Origin: Podarcis pityusensis
Lineage: Eukaryota
Length of the DNA stretch: 64,000 nt
Assembly: GCA_964106645.2 (NCBI GenBank)
Contig: OZ067038.1
Reading direction: 5' to 3' (one strand)
The notes under the pieces were generated by a model. The model was not told the DNA's origin. It did not search any database and was given only the letters and a program-made list of their open reading frames with translations. Made by a program: the position numbers and the translations under genes. Positions 1 to 13,421 of this stretch are shown here, piece after piece (the first letter of the stretch is position 1; every line of letters begins with the position of its first letter).

Positions 1-534
1 GTATGTATATATGGGGGCGGGGGTTTACTGCTTTTTATGCACTATGCAATTCAACATGGTGTTAGAAGAAACTCTTGAACTAATTTTCAAGTTTAGGGGT
101 TTAAAAGGCTTGATTAATTGCAGTGAACAAAACCTGTATTGTGGCCATACTTCCTAAATTATCTTTCTTAAAATGGTCCTAATAGTGTTGTACGTTCCAG
201 GGTTGTGAGGAGGGAAAATAACAAAGATTTTAAAGCAGTGATTGCATTAGAAGTGTAGTGGAAATTATTAATAATGCTGGTGTTACCTTTGTTTAAAAGC
301 TGCCTTGAATATTTCATAGAAGAATGGGGTATAAATATTGATAATAAATCAGGAATAAAAATAAATATGCCCGTATGAATCTACAAAATGTTTACTGAAG
401 AGAATCTGTTGGTTGTGGAAAACACTAAAAATGTTTCATTCTCTCGCATTTTCATTCTCACTCTTCACATCACCTCTTTTTACCATATGTCTGGCACATC
501 TGTACAAATCTCTCTTTCCTCCCCTCATACACAG

Positions 535-753
535 TCCCTCTTTCATGCCACTTCCTTGCAGAAGACGCACCAGAGTGCCCTCCAGGTGCAGCAGAAGGCG
601 GAGGTATTGCTGCAGGCTGGGCACTACGATGCTGATGCCATAAGGGAATGCGCAGAAAAGGTGGCACTGCACTGGCAGCAACTAATGTTGAAGATGGAAG
701 ACAGGCTGAAGCTGGTTAATGCATCTGTCGCTTTTTATAAAACCTCAGAGCAG
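535..753 (+). CDS. KALRN: KALRN coding exon, spectrin repeat (SLFHATSLQKTHQSAL...FYKTSEQ); second in-frame acceptor at 562
   Basis: Acceptors catacacag|TCC (535) and ccttgcag|AAG (562); donor CAG|gtgagc; phase 0/0. Confidence 0.95.
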
Positions 754-1678
754 GTGAGCCTAATGATGTGCAGTGATACTTGTAACTATTTAAAAAAATC
801 CCATAGTATTCATTGTCATAACATTTTATTTAGGGCAACTGTGACTTCAAATCTCTGAGCTAGCCACATCTTTATATTGCCCACATATTCATTGATGCTG
901 TCTGAATCTTACGTAGCCCTAGATTGAGATTCATTAACTACAAATCCCAAGATTTGGGATTCCCTCCAAACCTCCAAAGTTTTGAGCCAAAACAAATTTT
1001 AAGCTTTTGGCTTGGCCTTCTCCACAATGGATGCATATTGTTGCTAATGTACTATATGAAAGTGCATTGACAGTGAGTGTGGTCAATATCAATTCAGACT
1101 GTACATGAGTTTTCTGTATGAATAACTTAACTACCTGCAACCCAGGATTTTCCTGGATGGTTTGAGCACAATAACCTAAACAATTAAAATACATCTCAAG
1201 CCATTTCCAAGGCATCAGTCCTAAATTCAATGCCCTTGACTCACAAGTAAGAGAACTGGCTAGCTCAGCACCATAGCTGACAAATGCTGACTTGTTGCCC
1301 CATTGTCAACTGGGCAGACAAAGAGACCATTTCATGAGAACAGGTGAGTCTCAAACCTACAAATCAATATATTATTTTTCTTCTGTAGTTTTAGCACGAC
1401 TTGGAATCCTAAAGTTCTGCATCATTAAAAATCCACATTAGGAAATAGGCTCCATCAGCTACAGGGCCTGCAAATTAGGTTGGAATTTTCTCTTTAAAAG
1501 GTCAATTAATATTTCCCAAACTAATATGTTCTGAGTTAGGAAGCCCATATAACATTTGTCTGTGAATCTCTCCTTTTCTTGTCTTCTGTTAGCTTTCTAG
1601 GTTAATGGACTTGTAGTAGTTTTTCTATGTTTCTGGATGTAGCTTTTATAGCTGAAGTACTGTGTCCTTATGCCTCAG

Positions 1679-1828
1679 GTTTGCAGTGTGCTAGAGAGTT
1701 TGGAACAGGAATATCGAAGAGATGAAGACTGGTGTGGAGGTCGGGATAAGCTTGGACCAGCATCTGAAATAGACCATGTCATCCCCTTAATCAGCAAACA
1801 TCTGGAACAAAAAGAAGCCTTTCTCAAG
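1679..1828 (+). CDS. KALRN: KALRN coding exon, spectrin repeat (VCSVLESLEQEY...KEAFLK)
   Basis: cctcag|GTT ... AAG|gtctgt; 150 nt, phase 0/0. Confidence 0.96.
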
Positions 1829-3648
1829 GTCTGTTGTAGCCTTCCTCTTTTCTGTAGTTGTTTTTATTTTTTGGTAACTGAAAATAGCTGTGGTGGAAAC
1901 CTGTCAGCAGAGCATGCAGATGATGTTCTGTGCACTGTCATTTCCATATAGAACATACCTGAATATAATTTTATGGGAATCATAAGAACAACACAGTTTT
2001 TGCATGCAGTCATACTGTAGGTTATCTCTAAATGTTTTATGACTGGACAGTTTGCACAATCTTTCTCCAGAATAGAGATTTCCCAATTCCTCCCCCCCCC
2101 CCCATCCTCATTTTGACAGTCAGCTCCAACACTACAAAAATGGATATTCTGCCCATACAAGTGGCTGCTTCCACAGGCAGTGTAATGTGGGACCAATCAG
2201 CTTGCGCCTTCCCTTTCATGGCCTGAAATAATTACAACTTGTGATTTTTTTTTCAATTCATGGAAGGGAACAGAAGAGCTTATATTAATCTGCTGTGCTA
2301 ATGTTACATCCTTCACATGAATAGCCTGCTCATGTGGACAGTGCCTTGTGCATTGGATTCCAGTGCCTCATTTGAGCCAACTCTTTAGTGTTGCAAAAGG
2401 CCAGGTACAATTAGCAGATGGAGAGACAAGGGTTCGTAATGTTTCATTGCTCTTTGGCATTAAAAGGAGTAGAGGCCTACTAACCAAGCATGAGACAATG
2501 TGGCTTTGAGCAGATATCAGTAGTTGGTTTTGTTTCTGGGTAGATGTGTGTTTGGTTGCATAATTTCTGAAGAATGTGTGTAAGAGTTGGGGTGATTAAA
2601 CTGCCAGCGAGGACAGGAACAACTGTTTTCTTCTGCTCTTGAGCTTCTAAGCAGCGTTCACATTGAAAGGGTAAAGAACTCAAGGTGCATCTTTTGTTCC
2701 TGCCCTTATTGTTTCCCTTTCTCCCAGATCTCATTTATCTGGCTCAGAGTAGCTGCAGTAGGAGGAAAAGTACAAAGCTCAGTAGTCAAGCACATGATTT
2801 ACATGTTGACAGTAGTATGATTCAGTTCCAGGAACTGCTAGTTAAAAGGAATTCAGAGCTGGAAAAGATCACTACCTTTTGACTTATGAAAACTGATGCC
2901 AGGCAGGGTTGACCAGGGGAACAGACAATGTGGTACCCTCCAGATGTTGCTGAATTAGAACTCACACCATCTCTGATCGCTGGCCATGCTGGCTGGGGCT
3001 GTTGGGAGTGTCCACTGTCATCTGGAAGACACTGCATTGGCTGTCTCTGGGATACATGGTACTGTGGTATATTAACAATATTAACAAGTTCTGACTAGGA
3101 TATGGCAAGGATAAGGACAAGTTCCTGACCGTTGTATATTCTGTTGCAGGAATGCAATGGCAAGAAGTGACTAGCCTTTCTTCCATGTATCCCTAGATCC
3201 TCACCTCAGCAAGCCATAGCTTGTATATAAATGTTAAATAATTCTTAACACCTTTGCTTTTCAAAGTTGCATACAGATAATGTAATGGTATGTTTTTGAA
3301 AGACTGCATTCCAGAATAAATCAACTGTCACCTTCTGGAATAAAGATCAAGATGTACAATCTCCCACTAGCGCTGTTATGCTTTTGCTTTTCTACTGGAA
3401 TCAGCCAATTTTTTTCCACATAGTATTTTCTCTCATATCATACCCGTTCCCAAGATGATGGATGTGTGTGACTGCAGTCTGAGTTTCTCAGTGTTTTCTC
3501 ATGCACGTCAACATCCTTCAGAGGTCAAATGAGAAAAGAAGCTCATGTCACAGTTCAGTGGTTCCTCTGTGTTTTATTCTTCTGATTCACTTGTCAAAAG
3601 GGTAACTGTTGTGCTTGGGGGTGGGGGGGTGTTGTTTACTGCCCACAG

Positions 3649-3763
3649 GCCTGCACACTAGCACGAAGGAATGCAGAAGTGTTTCTCAAGTACATTCACC
3701 GAAACAACGTCAGCATGCCAGGGGGAGTGAGCCATACGAGGGGACCTGAGCAACAAGTCAAAG
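3649..3763 (+). CDS. KALRN: KALRN coding exon (ACTLARRNAEVFLKYIHRNNVSMPGGVSHTRGPEQQVK)
   Basis: ccacag|GCC ... AAAG|gtcagt; 115 nt, phase 0/1; absent from the ORF track, translated by hand. Confidence 0.95.
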
Positions 3764-5636
3764 GTCAGTGTGTTTGTTTGGGGGACGCATTAATGGAATG
3801 GCAACTTGGCTTTAGAAATATACCACACACCCATGGATGACCCTTGTGTTCACCACTGATGCTTCCTTACACTGGATTAAATTTGCCACATAATAATTAC
3901 AGGTGCACCTTTTCTGCTGGACAGAATAAGATTAGAATACAAGCAGATGGTATGAAAATGGCAGTGTCTTTTTCATTTCTGTGCCAGCTCAGAAATCTTA
4001 GGAGTGGATCTAGTGAAGTGTTTTGCATATAAATTTACCAGTGTGCCATCATCTGTCATTAGAACAATAGAAATTCCATGAAATCTATAGGCAATACTTC
4101 TCATATTAGTATGTTTAGAGTATTTTTTAAAGTAGTAGTCATTCAGATCCTTTCTCTATTACCCCTATCACGTGCTTTTTTCATATCAATCCATACTTTA
4201 AACCTCCACTTCAAAATGTGTCAGGGTGTGGGTAGTAAAATCATAGCAGGGTCAAGCTTCTTTAAGCTATCTCATTTTACTACTCATGATCTAAGTGACG
4301 CCCTGGTAGTCATTTGATATTTTTTTAAAAAAGCAAAAGAGGTAAGAGGAGAGCAGTGATGGATTTGTAGGAAGGGGAAGGTTACTGTGCATATACAGAT
4401 TCCTTCTTATTTCCAGACTGCCTACAGGTGTAAAAGAGAAACCATCCCATCTGATTCAGAGCTTAGTTATGGAATCTGAAAGCAATTAATTACTAATCTA
4501 ATTTGGGGCGGTGGGGAGAGGGAGAGAAAGACTGAAAATGTGGGCAGTTTAGCTACAAAGAGCTGCAGTAAATAGTATTTCCTTCTGTTGAAAGGACTAT
4601 CCCTTAACTCCTTCCACTTCAGGAAACAGTGAGCAGAAAGTATCTGTCTCATACTACATTCAAGGACAGAACATTATACTGGGTTTGTTTGTTTTTTGGC
4701 ATTTGGAGCTATTGCAGAGTATTAATCAGGCTTCCATACCAAGACAAGACAAGCCAAAATTGAAATTCACAACGTGGTCACTTTTCTCAGAGTTCAATGT
4801 CTGCTTCTCTTTCTTAGCTATTTAGCTACAGTGACCAATAGAATGACCTTCTTATGCTTGCCTCTTTCATATGTTCAAATGAACATGGGCTGCTGTGGTG
4901 ATGATACATTCTTGGAGGAGTCTGGGGTGATGCATCCCCTGCTTTCTTTTGTAGCTGTAATCCACCAGTTGCTAATCTGTTCCTTGATTCTGTGAGGAGC
5001 TGATAAAAATGAACTAAAGTAAATCTGCAGAACTAAGCCATTTTTCATCTCTGATTGGATTACTTTTAGAGCTATAGAAAAGAACAGATCAATGACAGTG
5101 TAGGGCAATAATAATTATGTAGTTTGATACTGAGTGCACCATACAGTTGCTATCACTAAAGGGGTTGAAAATGCTGCAGCCTAACATAAAATGTGTACTT
5201 TAAAAATATATATTTATTTGGTTAATATTGCTCAAGAACTCAAAAAAAGAGTCTGCACTCGTATACATGAGTATCTTTTTTTTAAAAAAATGCACACACA
5301 ATTAAGCTGGGTTCTTAAGATACAGTTTTAGGGAGAAAGCTTACTAAAATATATGTAACTGTTTATACATGTTAAGCAATAGACATAAACTTTAGGCAGC
5401 CTCTCACATTGTCATTTTAAGACATAAGATCTTTCCTATGAGGAGGCAAGCAAGGAGAGTAGGTTACTTTACGCAGTGGATATAGGTCCTCTTATTATTT
5501 TTATAAATATATTTCTATACCACTGCATCATAAAAATATAACACAGCAGTTTACAACAATATAAAAACATAAAACCAACCAACAACATCATAAAAGTAAA
5601 AATACTAGCACATTTACAAAACTAAGCAGGGTCCAG

Positions 5637-5736
5637 TATGGTTTCAAATGAGGACTGCATGTTGAGATTCCTGCATTGCATAAGGTTGGACTAAATGACC
5701 CTAGGGTCCCTTCCAACTCCTATGATTCTGTGATTC
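5637..5736 (+). mobile_element. CR1 3' tail or CR1-tailed SINE fragment
   Basis: GAGATTCCTGCATTGCA...GGTTGGACTAAATGACCCT...CCCTTCCAACTC..ATGATTCTGTGATTC. Confidence 0.7.
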
Positions 5737-6751
5737 AGGATTAAAACAAAAAACCAATATCAATAGACCATTGTAGGGGATATACACTTAGTTGCCTTAA
5801 TTAGTAAGCTTGGCTGTGACAGACAGAAAAAGCTGGGACATTCTCTTTCACTTGCCCCATAGAATTTTATTTAACTGAAGCTTGCACAGAAGAATCTGTT
5901 GGTAATCCCCCCTATTAATTAGTGAACCAGAATATGAGTTGAATTTGCCCCCTTAGCCACCAAAATGTCCTGGACAGGTCCTTGCTTGTACTTCAAAAGA
6001 ATCACGTTGGAATGTTTAATTTGTGAGTCTAGAGACAGCTCAAGGATATGTACCACAAGAACCTCTTGCAGCCCACCTTTCAGAGTTTCAGTTCTAAGAA
6101 ATCAATAATGTGAGCTGAGCATTCTGAAAAATTCATAGGACTGATTTTAGGGGAGGCTTTGGTGACCTAAAATTGTAATACCATTGAACAAAGAATAAAG
6201 ATTCCTCTCTGGAATAGAACTGTATAGCAGAATCGTCAAATACCTTTTGTTTTAGTATAGTATGTCCACACCAGGCCTAAGACATCACTGACTGTGCTCC
6301 AAGTAAATGTTGTATAAGTGAGCAGGTGAGTGTGGGAAGTACAAGGTAGACATTTGTGAGTCTGGTGCTTGTTCTGCTTTTACGAGAATACATTTAATGA
6401 CTGGGTATCTAAACTGTTGTCAGCTGCATGACTTGTAATTGTTCCCCCACTCCCGTTGCTTGGGCTTTGAACAGTGTGGTCTGAAGTGCTCTGAACTGTA
6501 TCTGTATCTATGTGTTGGGAATATAATATTTTTTCTGTTGATTTTTGTCCACACACCCTTAGTGAGCCCCTTGTGTTAAGGACTGCCCACTCTCTGCTAT
6601 TTTGTTTTTCCCCCAGTTGACTCTGAAGTGCTTCATACTAGGGAGCTTATATATCACTGTGATGGAGTAGCAAGTTGAATTTGCATTGACTTGCGTCTGC
6701 ATGTACTCACTGAACCACTGAGGGTAACAACCATCCTCCTTTTCTCCACAG

Positions 6752-6867
6752 CCATTCTGAGTGAGCTGCTGCAGAGAGAGAACAGAGTTCTTCACTTCTG
6801 GACCTTGAAAAAACGGCGATTAGATCAGTGCCAGCAGTATGTGGTCTTTGAGCGTAGTGCTAAGCAG
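6752..6867 (+). CDS. KALRN: KALRN coding exon (AILSELLQRENRVLHFW...FERSAKQ)
   Basis: ctccacag|CC ... CAG|gtagct; 116 nt, phase 1/0. Confidence 0.96.
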
Positions 6868-6987
6868 GTAGCTTAATAAAACTCTGCTTTCCCCTCTTGT
6901 TCTGTTGTTACGGCTGACAGGTAATAATGGACTGTGTAATAGATTAGTTGTGGGAAGGGTTGTATCTCAGGGACTGCAGACTTTGCA

Positions 6988-7087
6988 TTATGAGACCCCA
7001 TGTTCAATCCTTTGCATCAATCAAGATTGGAAAACTTTTTGTTATGAGATGCCATGTTCAATCCTTTGCATCAGCCAACACTGGTAA
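6988..7087. repeat. Two-copy tandem duplication, period 54 bp
   Basis: TTATGAGA..CCATGTTCAATCCTTTGCATCA at 6988 and 7042. Confidence 0.85.
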
Positions 7088-7485
7088 TGACCCTGGAGAG
7101 TTAGTTTCAAACCTGACACTAGTTGAAACTGACAGTGTGAGCTGGATAGGCCATTGGCCTGAATAAGGCTGCCAGACTGCAAACCAGAAATAAACATGTT
7201 GCCTTGTACATGCTGAATGCTGTGGGAGAAATTGTTAACTGCTCCCACCTGTTTCTTTCCTGGGGTTTCCTAGCAGTTGGTCTCAGACCTCATCTGTTGT
7301 AGGGCAAAACAGAAGTTCTCCTTGTTTCAGTAGATAGAGAAGAAGGGTGAGCCAATATACCCGGGCGGTGGGGGGAGGCGGATGTGACGAGAAGCCTAAC
7401 ATTGGCAACCTCTCACACTGCTTCTGCACTGCAGTGATCTCTGGTCTGAAGTCTTGCAAGACTACTATGGTCAAGATCAAGCAAG

Positions 7486-7521
7486 GAGTCTCATAGCACC
7501 TTAAAGACTAACGAATTTATT
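7486..7521 (-). mobile_element. Short Penelope-like terminal fragment without ribozyme core
   Basis: Reverse complement reads AATAAATTCGTTAGTCTTTAAGGTGCTATGAGACTC, similar to 28361-28390. Confidence 0.5.
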
Positions 7522-7856
7522 ACCTCTTCTGCTATTGTGAGCTCAAGTCTGCTTTGCTAGATGCAAGGAAAAATATATCGTGTGTAAGTGTCTGTGACCA
7601 CATAAAATTCAAGGCAGTGGACAATCAGTCCCTACTGTGCTACATTTTGCTTGCTTGTTTACCGTGTAAAGTGTTGTTAGACTTGAATATGAGGCCTGCC
7701 TGTCAGGCTTCTTCTTTTCTGAGGGCTAGTGGTGCTCTTCAACTGCAATAGAACTTGAATAATTAATTTTGAAATATGCCAATGAGAACTGGTTGCATGG
7801 GTGAAAGCAAGTCACCTTGTTTTTGTTCATTTGGTCCCCCACCCTCCCATTTGTAG

Positions 7857-7979
7857 GCCTTAGACTGGATTCAGGAAACAGGAGAGTATTATCTTTCTAC
7901 TCACAACTCAACGGGGGAATCAGCAGAAGAAACTCAGGAACTTCTGAAAGAATATGGAGAATTCAAAGTACCAGCCAAG
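7857..7979 (+). CDS. KALRN: KALRN coding exon (ALDWIQETGEYYLSTHNSTGESAEETQELLKEYGEFKVPAK)
   Basis: tttgtag|GCC ... AAG|gtaaac; 123 nt, phase 0/0. Confidence 0.95.
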
Positions 7980-9018
7980 GTAAACCCTACTATTGATTTT
8001 ATAATTTCATGAGCTTCCTTTGGTAGTTTCAGGTAAGGAAATGTAGTAAATGTATACAACTCACAAGATTTAGTCTCAGTTACACTATTACTTATCTACA
8101 TGCATCATTTATTACTAAATAAATTATAACATGATATATTTAATAGCTCTGAATGTTATAAATGCACCCCCCCCATTTTGAACTCTATGGCTGAGATCCA
8201 AAAAAAATACTAATAATGCAATCTTATGTGTGTCGAGTCCCATTGAGTGTATATAGGATTGCAGACTGAGGCTCACAGAAGGGGCCTGTTTTCCTTTGGA
8301 AGCTCACTCCATGCATTATCACAAACGTCTTTTAAAACTCACTTCAAATCCAAAAGGAGCTTGTGATGTGGCATGGAGAACAATTTCTTGAGGAAAACAG
8401 CTCTAAAGCCCCCTTTTGCTAATGGAGCTAGTTTCAGAGTTCTCTTGTATACTGACCAATGATATTAATTATTTCTAAAGAACTACCAAACTTCAGAATG
8501 ACCTCAGAATATTCTGCCCTTGTTTTCTAAATTCCAATATCTGCCTGTTTGGGGACATCAAGCTCTGCAGTCTCCCTGCTATCACTTTGTACCCACATCC
8601 CCATGCTCATCTCTTCCTGACAGGTTCCATTCCTGTCTGCCGCAGTGTCCATTTGAAGAGAAATTCTGACCAAGCAGGTCAAAATTAACACCCATAAGCA
8701 GAAAGGTGCTATTACTCTCTGCTCACATTGCCACTTTCGAAATATTGCTTCAGAACCAAACAATTCTGCTAAGTATTGCAACCTGTAACAACTAAGTTCC
8801 ATTGAGTAGTAGTGAGTGGCAGTGGGAAATTCAGAACCATTTTAGATAATAAATGAAAAGATTGCACTCCACCTACACTATGTCTCCAAAGATCTCAGGA
8901 ACATTTTGTGTTAGTGATGCTTGTGAAGAATACGAGGTCCATATGGTTATTATGTGAATGAAAACTGAACAAAATGTCCATGGAAGATATGATAACCAAG
9001 GAAAACTCTTTTGGGCAG

Positions 9019-9201
9019 CAAACCAAGGAGAAAGTGAAGCTTCTCATTCAGCTGGCTGATAGCTTTGTAGAGAAAGGGCATACTCATGCCACTGAAATTA
9101 GGAAATGGGTTACCACCGTCGACAAACGCTATCGGGACTTTTCACTGAGGATGGGGAAATACCGCTACTCTTTGGAAAAAGCTCTTGGAATCAATACAGA
9201 G
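9019..9201 (+). CDS. KALRN: KALRN coding exon, last spectrin repeat (QTKEKVKLLIQLADSF...ALGINTE)
   Basis: ttgggcag|CAA ... GAG|gtactg; 183 nt, phase 0/0. Confidence 0.95.
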
Positions 9202-10415
9202 GTACTGTAAGTCACATGTTTTGCTGACATACTTTAAACAAATGAAAGAAACCTAGGAGGAATTAGAACTGTCTTATGTGAAAATGCTTTCATGCATTAC
9301 ATAGCCAGCCTTACCTTGCAGTGGCATAACACAGAGCACACTAGGTGTGGATTTTGTGACACAAATTTGTTCCTTTGTGACACAAAGGCTAGACAAGATG
9401 ACAGGGGAATGATTGGTTGGGTGCCCAGGAAGTTGCTATAAGGAGTAATCAAGTAGACTTCCAGGTATAAATTCATGTAGATGATGATCAGTCAACATAA
9501 GACAAAATGGTAATTCATTCAAAATAGGGCAAATCAATGATTAATCTGTAATTAATTCCTAGCTGGTGCTACTTGTGAAAAGCTGCAGAATTTACTGGGC
9601 TGCACATGGCCTGTTACATAGCTTTTCATGTTGATGGCACTGGCCTTGTGTATGTACATGTTTGACTTGAGTCCCACAGAGCTAAATGGATGGTATTCTG
9701 GGTAAATCTACTGTTTTGCAGCCCATTCTGTTACAGCCAGCAGGACATGTGAAGAGCGGATTTAGGTTACCATGTATAAGCCAGGGTAATGTTAACTTTT
9801 AATTATTGCCTCAAAAATTCACTTCAAAACCATTCAAGTGAGAAAGAGGGATTGGATCCTAATTTCCATATGTGAGTTCCTCTGACAGTCACCTTCACCT
9901 TCTTGCTATGGCCATTTTGGTTCCTAAAAATCTGCTCCTGAAGATTGGGAGGCCTTCTGGAATAGGATGGGATGCTGTGAAGCTGTGAAGCAGCAGAAAG
10001 GGGGGATTGGCAAAATTGGGCACTTACCTAGTGCAAGCAAAAGTGTGCTTCTACTCACACAGGGGTCAAGGCCAATGTTTTTATTCAGATCTGGTTCATT
10101 TTAATGAAGAATGCAGTAAAGATGTACCAAATAAATATCATTTATGAAATTTGAGCAAATGCTGTCATTTGGGGAAAGTAGAGTACAAGCCTCAGAGGCA
10201 ATATTGCGGAGCAGACAAAATGTGTCTGCTTGCTGCCACCACTGATGTGTCCCAGGATTCCCATGAGGAAAGCCATCCCCTTCCTGAAGTCAAATGAGAG
10301 GAAGGGTTACTGATGAAGCCTAGCAAATTGGTTGGGGAAAAGGACCCTCCTACCACCTGCCAAATATGTGATGCATTTAGCCAGTCGTTGGTAGGTCTGT
10401 ATGTGCAGTTCTTTG

Positions 10416-10480
10416 TTCTTTTTCTTTTTCTTTTTCTTTTTCTTTTTCTTTTTCTTTTTCTTTTTCTTTCCTTTTCTTTT
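10416..10480. repeat. (TTTTTC)n microsatellite
   Basis: Read directly. Confidence 0.9.
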
Positions 10481-10577
10481 CTTCCAGCCCTATAGCCTTT
10501 TCTTTCACTTTGTAGATATGCTTACTTTTACAAAGCATAGAAATGTGTTTTAAATCCAGGACACTACTCTTTTTCAG

Positions 10578-10696
10578 GATAACAAGGACCTGGAATTAGA
10601 CATCATTCCAGCAAGTCTGTCAGATCGTGAAGTGAAGCTGCGTGATGCCAATCACGAAGCTAATGAAGAAAAAAGGAAGTCAGCCAGAAAGAAAGA
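10578..10696 (+). CDS. KALRN: KALRN coding exon, spectrin-DH linker (DNKDLELDIIPASLSDRE...KSARKK)
   Basis: ttttcag|GAT ... GA|gtaagt; 119 nt, phase 0/2. Confidence 0.96.
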
Positions 10697-10974
10697 GTAA
10701 GTGGTGGGAAATGGGCACCTCACAAAACATAACACATGAATGACAAACAGCAGCAGTTCCATGTGAACAATTCACCAAGCCCACCTATTTGTGAGGCAGG
10801 TGAGATATCCTTGCAGGAATGTTATGCAAACAAAAGACCAAAGTTTGGAGAGAAGCAAGATATGTGGGATAAGTACATGCATGATAAATTAAAAACGTAA
10901 TTGTTTTCTCTCTCTGTGTGTGTAACTAAATGCTAATTTATTCTTATTTATCAAGATAGAAACTCTTATATAAC

Positions 10975-11405
10975 TGTCAGGGAACTGCCATCGGCTCAGG
11001 AGCAAGAGGGGAAAAGGTGGATGGATTACAGAGAGCCCCCAAAGATTGTGGGAAGCAGCACTTCCTCAGCGGAGGAAAGAAACCACGCCTCTAGTGGGGA
11101 AGGGATGCAGGGCTCGGAGGATGCAAGGCGGTGCCAGGACACCTTGCCTGAGCAAAGCGGGGAGGAGGGCGGTCCCCTGTTACCCAAGCCTTCCTTGTGC
11201 AGTAAGCTTTCGAGCAGAGAGGGGAGGCGCAGACTGGGGGTCAAGAAACTACTCTGCTGGAGAAGATTTAAGGACTGCCCACTCTCAGATTCTGCCAGTG
11301 AATGAGCAAGACATGGAATCGAGGCTCTCTGCATTCTAAAGGTTTTTACCACCAATAAGAAAGCTTGCCTGATTGCTCTCGAGCAACCAACCGATACCTC
11401 TAACA
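10975..11405. mobile_element. Solo LTR of an LTR retrotransposon (probably Gypsy-like), 431 bp
   Basis: Starts TGTCA and ends TAACA (TG...CA). Flanked by a perfect 5-bp TSD ATAAC (10970-10974 and 11406-11410). More GC- and CpG-rich than its flanks. Confidence 0.75.
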
Positions 11406-11660
11406 ATAACCACAACAAGATTAACAACATTTATACTTGAGTCTAGAAATTTATTGAATTATGCAAGTATTATGCAAATTACATAAAAATGCAGAGATGG
11501 CTACAATACATAAATCTTCAAACATGATATGATACATTCTAAATGTATTTCCATAATCAGGGAGAAAATATAAATATGCTAGAGACTAAGAACTAATGTA
11601 AACTGATGGGAAGGGAGAAATGGCTTGAGGAATTACATTTTATTTACTTATTAACACTTG

Positions 11661-11826
11661 CCGTACTTTTACGTGTATAAGACTAGGTTTTTTTACTTTA
11701 AAATAAGGTTAAAAATCTGGGGGCATCTTATACACAGATACTGCATATGCCCATTTTCTAAATTTGGGGTCCCCAAAACTAGGCGGCATCTTAGACATGG
11801 GGTGTCTTATACAAGGAAACATAAAG
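11661..11826. mobile_element. Degraded Tc2/pogo-type MITE
   Basis: CCGTACTTTTACGTGTATAAGAC ... GTCTTATACAAGGAAACATAAAG imperfect TIRs. Confidence 0.6.
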
Positions 11827-12166
11827 TATATCTCACTTTTCCTCCAAAGAGCTCAACAGTATACACAATTTCCTTTCCCCAATTTTATCTCTGCAGCAAT
11901 TCTGTGAGATAACTTAAACTGAGATAGTGTCTGGCGCAATCCAATGTCACCCAGTGTGCTTTGTGGCTTAGCGTGGATTTCACCAGTCCCAGGCTGATTA
12001 CTACATCATAGAGGAGATACTTAAGTTCTCTTTTCATACATTACAAAAAACTGGAGAAAGCAGAATAGTGTCCACACTTGCTTATTGCATGCATGAAGCA
12101 GTCCTTACACTTCCAGTTTGTAATCCCTCCATCCCTTAACATGAATGCTTTTCTAATTTGGAAATG

Positions 12167-12270
12167 ATAGAATTGTTGAGTTGGAAGGGACCACAAAGGT
12201 CATCTAGTCCAACCCCCTGCAATGCAGGAATCTTTTGTCCAACGTAGGGCTTGAACCCATGACCTTGAAA
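12167..12270 (-). mobile_element. CR1-tailed tRNA-derived SINE fragment (Squam3-like)
   Basis: Reverse CR1 tail followed by a B-box-like GGGTTCAAGCCC on the minus strand. Confidence 0.65.
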
Positions 12271-12477
12271 TGTTATAATACTTGATGAGATGGTCACATA
12301 AACAATATTTTATTCTTTCATTTACAATGTGTAATTTAGGCAGCCCAGAAAGATAACAACTACAATATTCTGTACACATACTTTCAGCAAATATCCATAG
12401 CATTGGTCTACGTAACATTGAAAGTATTTTTCTTTCTTTCTTACAAAGAATATAACAAAGAGAGAGTTTGTGTTTAA

Positions 12478-12588
<111 letters not shown>

Positions 12589-13311
12589 TAAAGACTCTGT
12601 ACTGTTTCTGATGGCTGGTGGTCATAATAACTACCACCATGATGTGGTGTTGTGGTCTTCAGTTACGGCAGGGTTTTCAAGGATTATAAACTTGTCTGGA
12701 TGTAATAGTAGATGAGACCTGTGTGGAGGTTTGCTGTACTGTGCAGACTGGTTCATGATGTTTGTGTTTCAACAATCTGAAAATTCAAAAGCCTTCGATA
12801 TTTTCTACAGGTAGAATGGAAGGTGGGTGCAATGTATGTGTTCAAAACTGATATATTACTCTTGCTGTAGACATGCAACACCATAAGTAATAGACAGCTT
12901 TTAATGTTGTATTTTTAAATTGTTTGTGGTGAAGCGTGTGTAAGAAATGTAATTATTATTATTAATTAGTGTGTGAAGACAAAAAGTTAACGTTCAGTTT
13001 GGACCTCAGAAAAAGGTTTTGTATGCATAGCAAAAAAGAAAGAAAGAAAAGGTTATGGTAACTGAACCTTTGAACTAGCTGAAGGTGTGTCTGAACATCA
13101 AAGCATCTATCTAAATTTGTTGAGATATTTCTTATCACTGAAACATCCACATTCATTGTTTTGGTTTATTAGTTGTGTTGGTTTTTATTATTATCTTTTA
13201 GCTTAGAACTCCATGTTTTCTGAGATATTCTGTGCCTTTGGCAAGAAAACTGGAAGATCTTTTCTTTTGTTGTGCACTTCTCTGTGTTTAAGAACTGCTG
13301 TTGTCTTCTAG

Positions 13312-13421
13312 ACCTATCTTTGGGAAATGACAAGTGGCGTAGAGGAGATACCCCCAGGGATTCTTAACAAAGAGCACATAATTTTTGGCAACATCCAGGA
13401 GATTTATGACTTTCATAATAA
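13312..13421 (+). CDS. KALRN: KALRN coding exon, DH1 ([36 protein letters not shown])
   Basis: cttctag|ACC ... AA|gtacgt; 110 nt, phase 0/2. Confidence 0.96.

Noticed and set aside
388-858. 156-aa ORF as a standalone gene
   Set aside because: It is exon 535-753 plus intronic read-through on both sides.
7486-7521. Second hammerhead that could dimerise with 28316-28353
   Set aside because: The fragment is antisense and truncated before the CUGANGA/GAAA core.
11021-11430. Three overlapping ORFs of 94-134 aa
   Set aside because: They lie in or almost entirely in the GC-rich solo LTR and show no recognisable protein motif.
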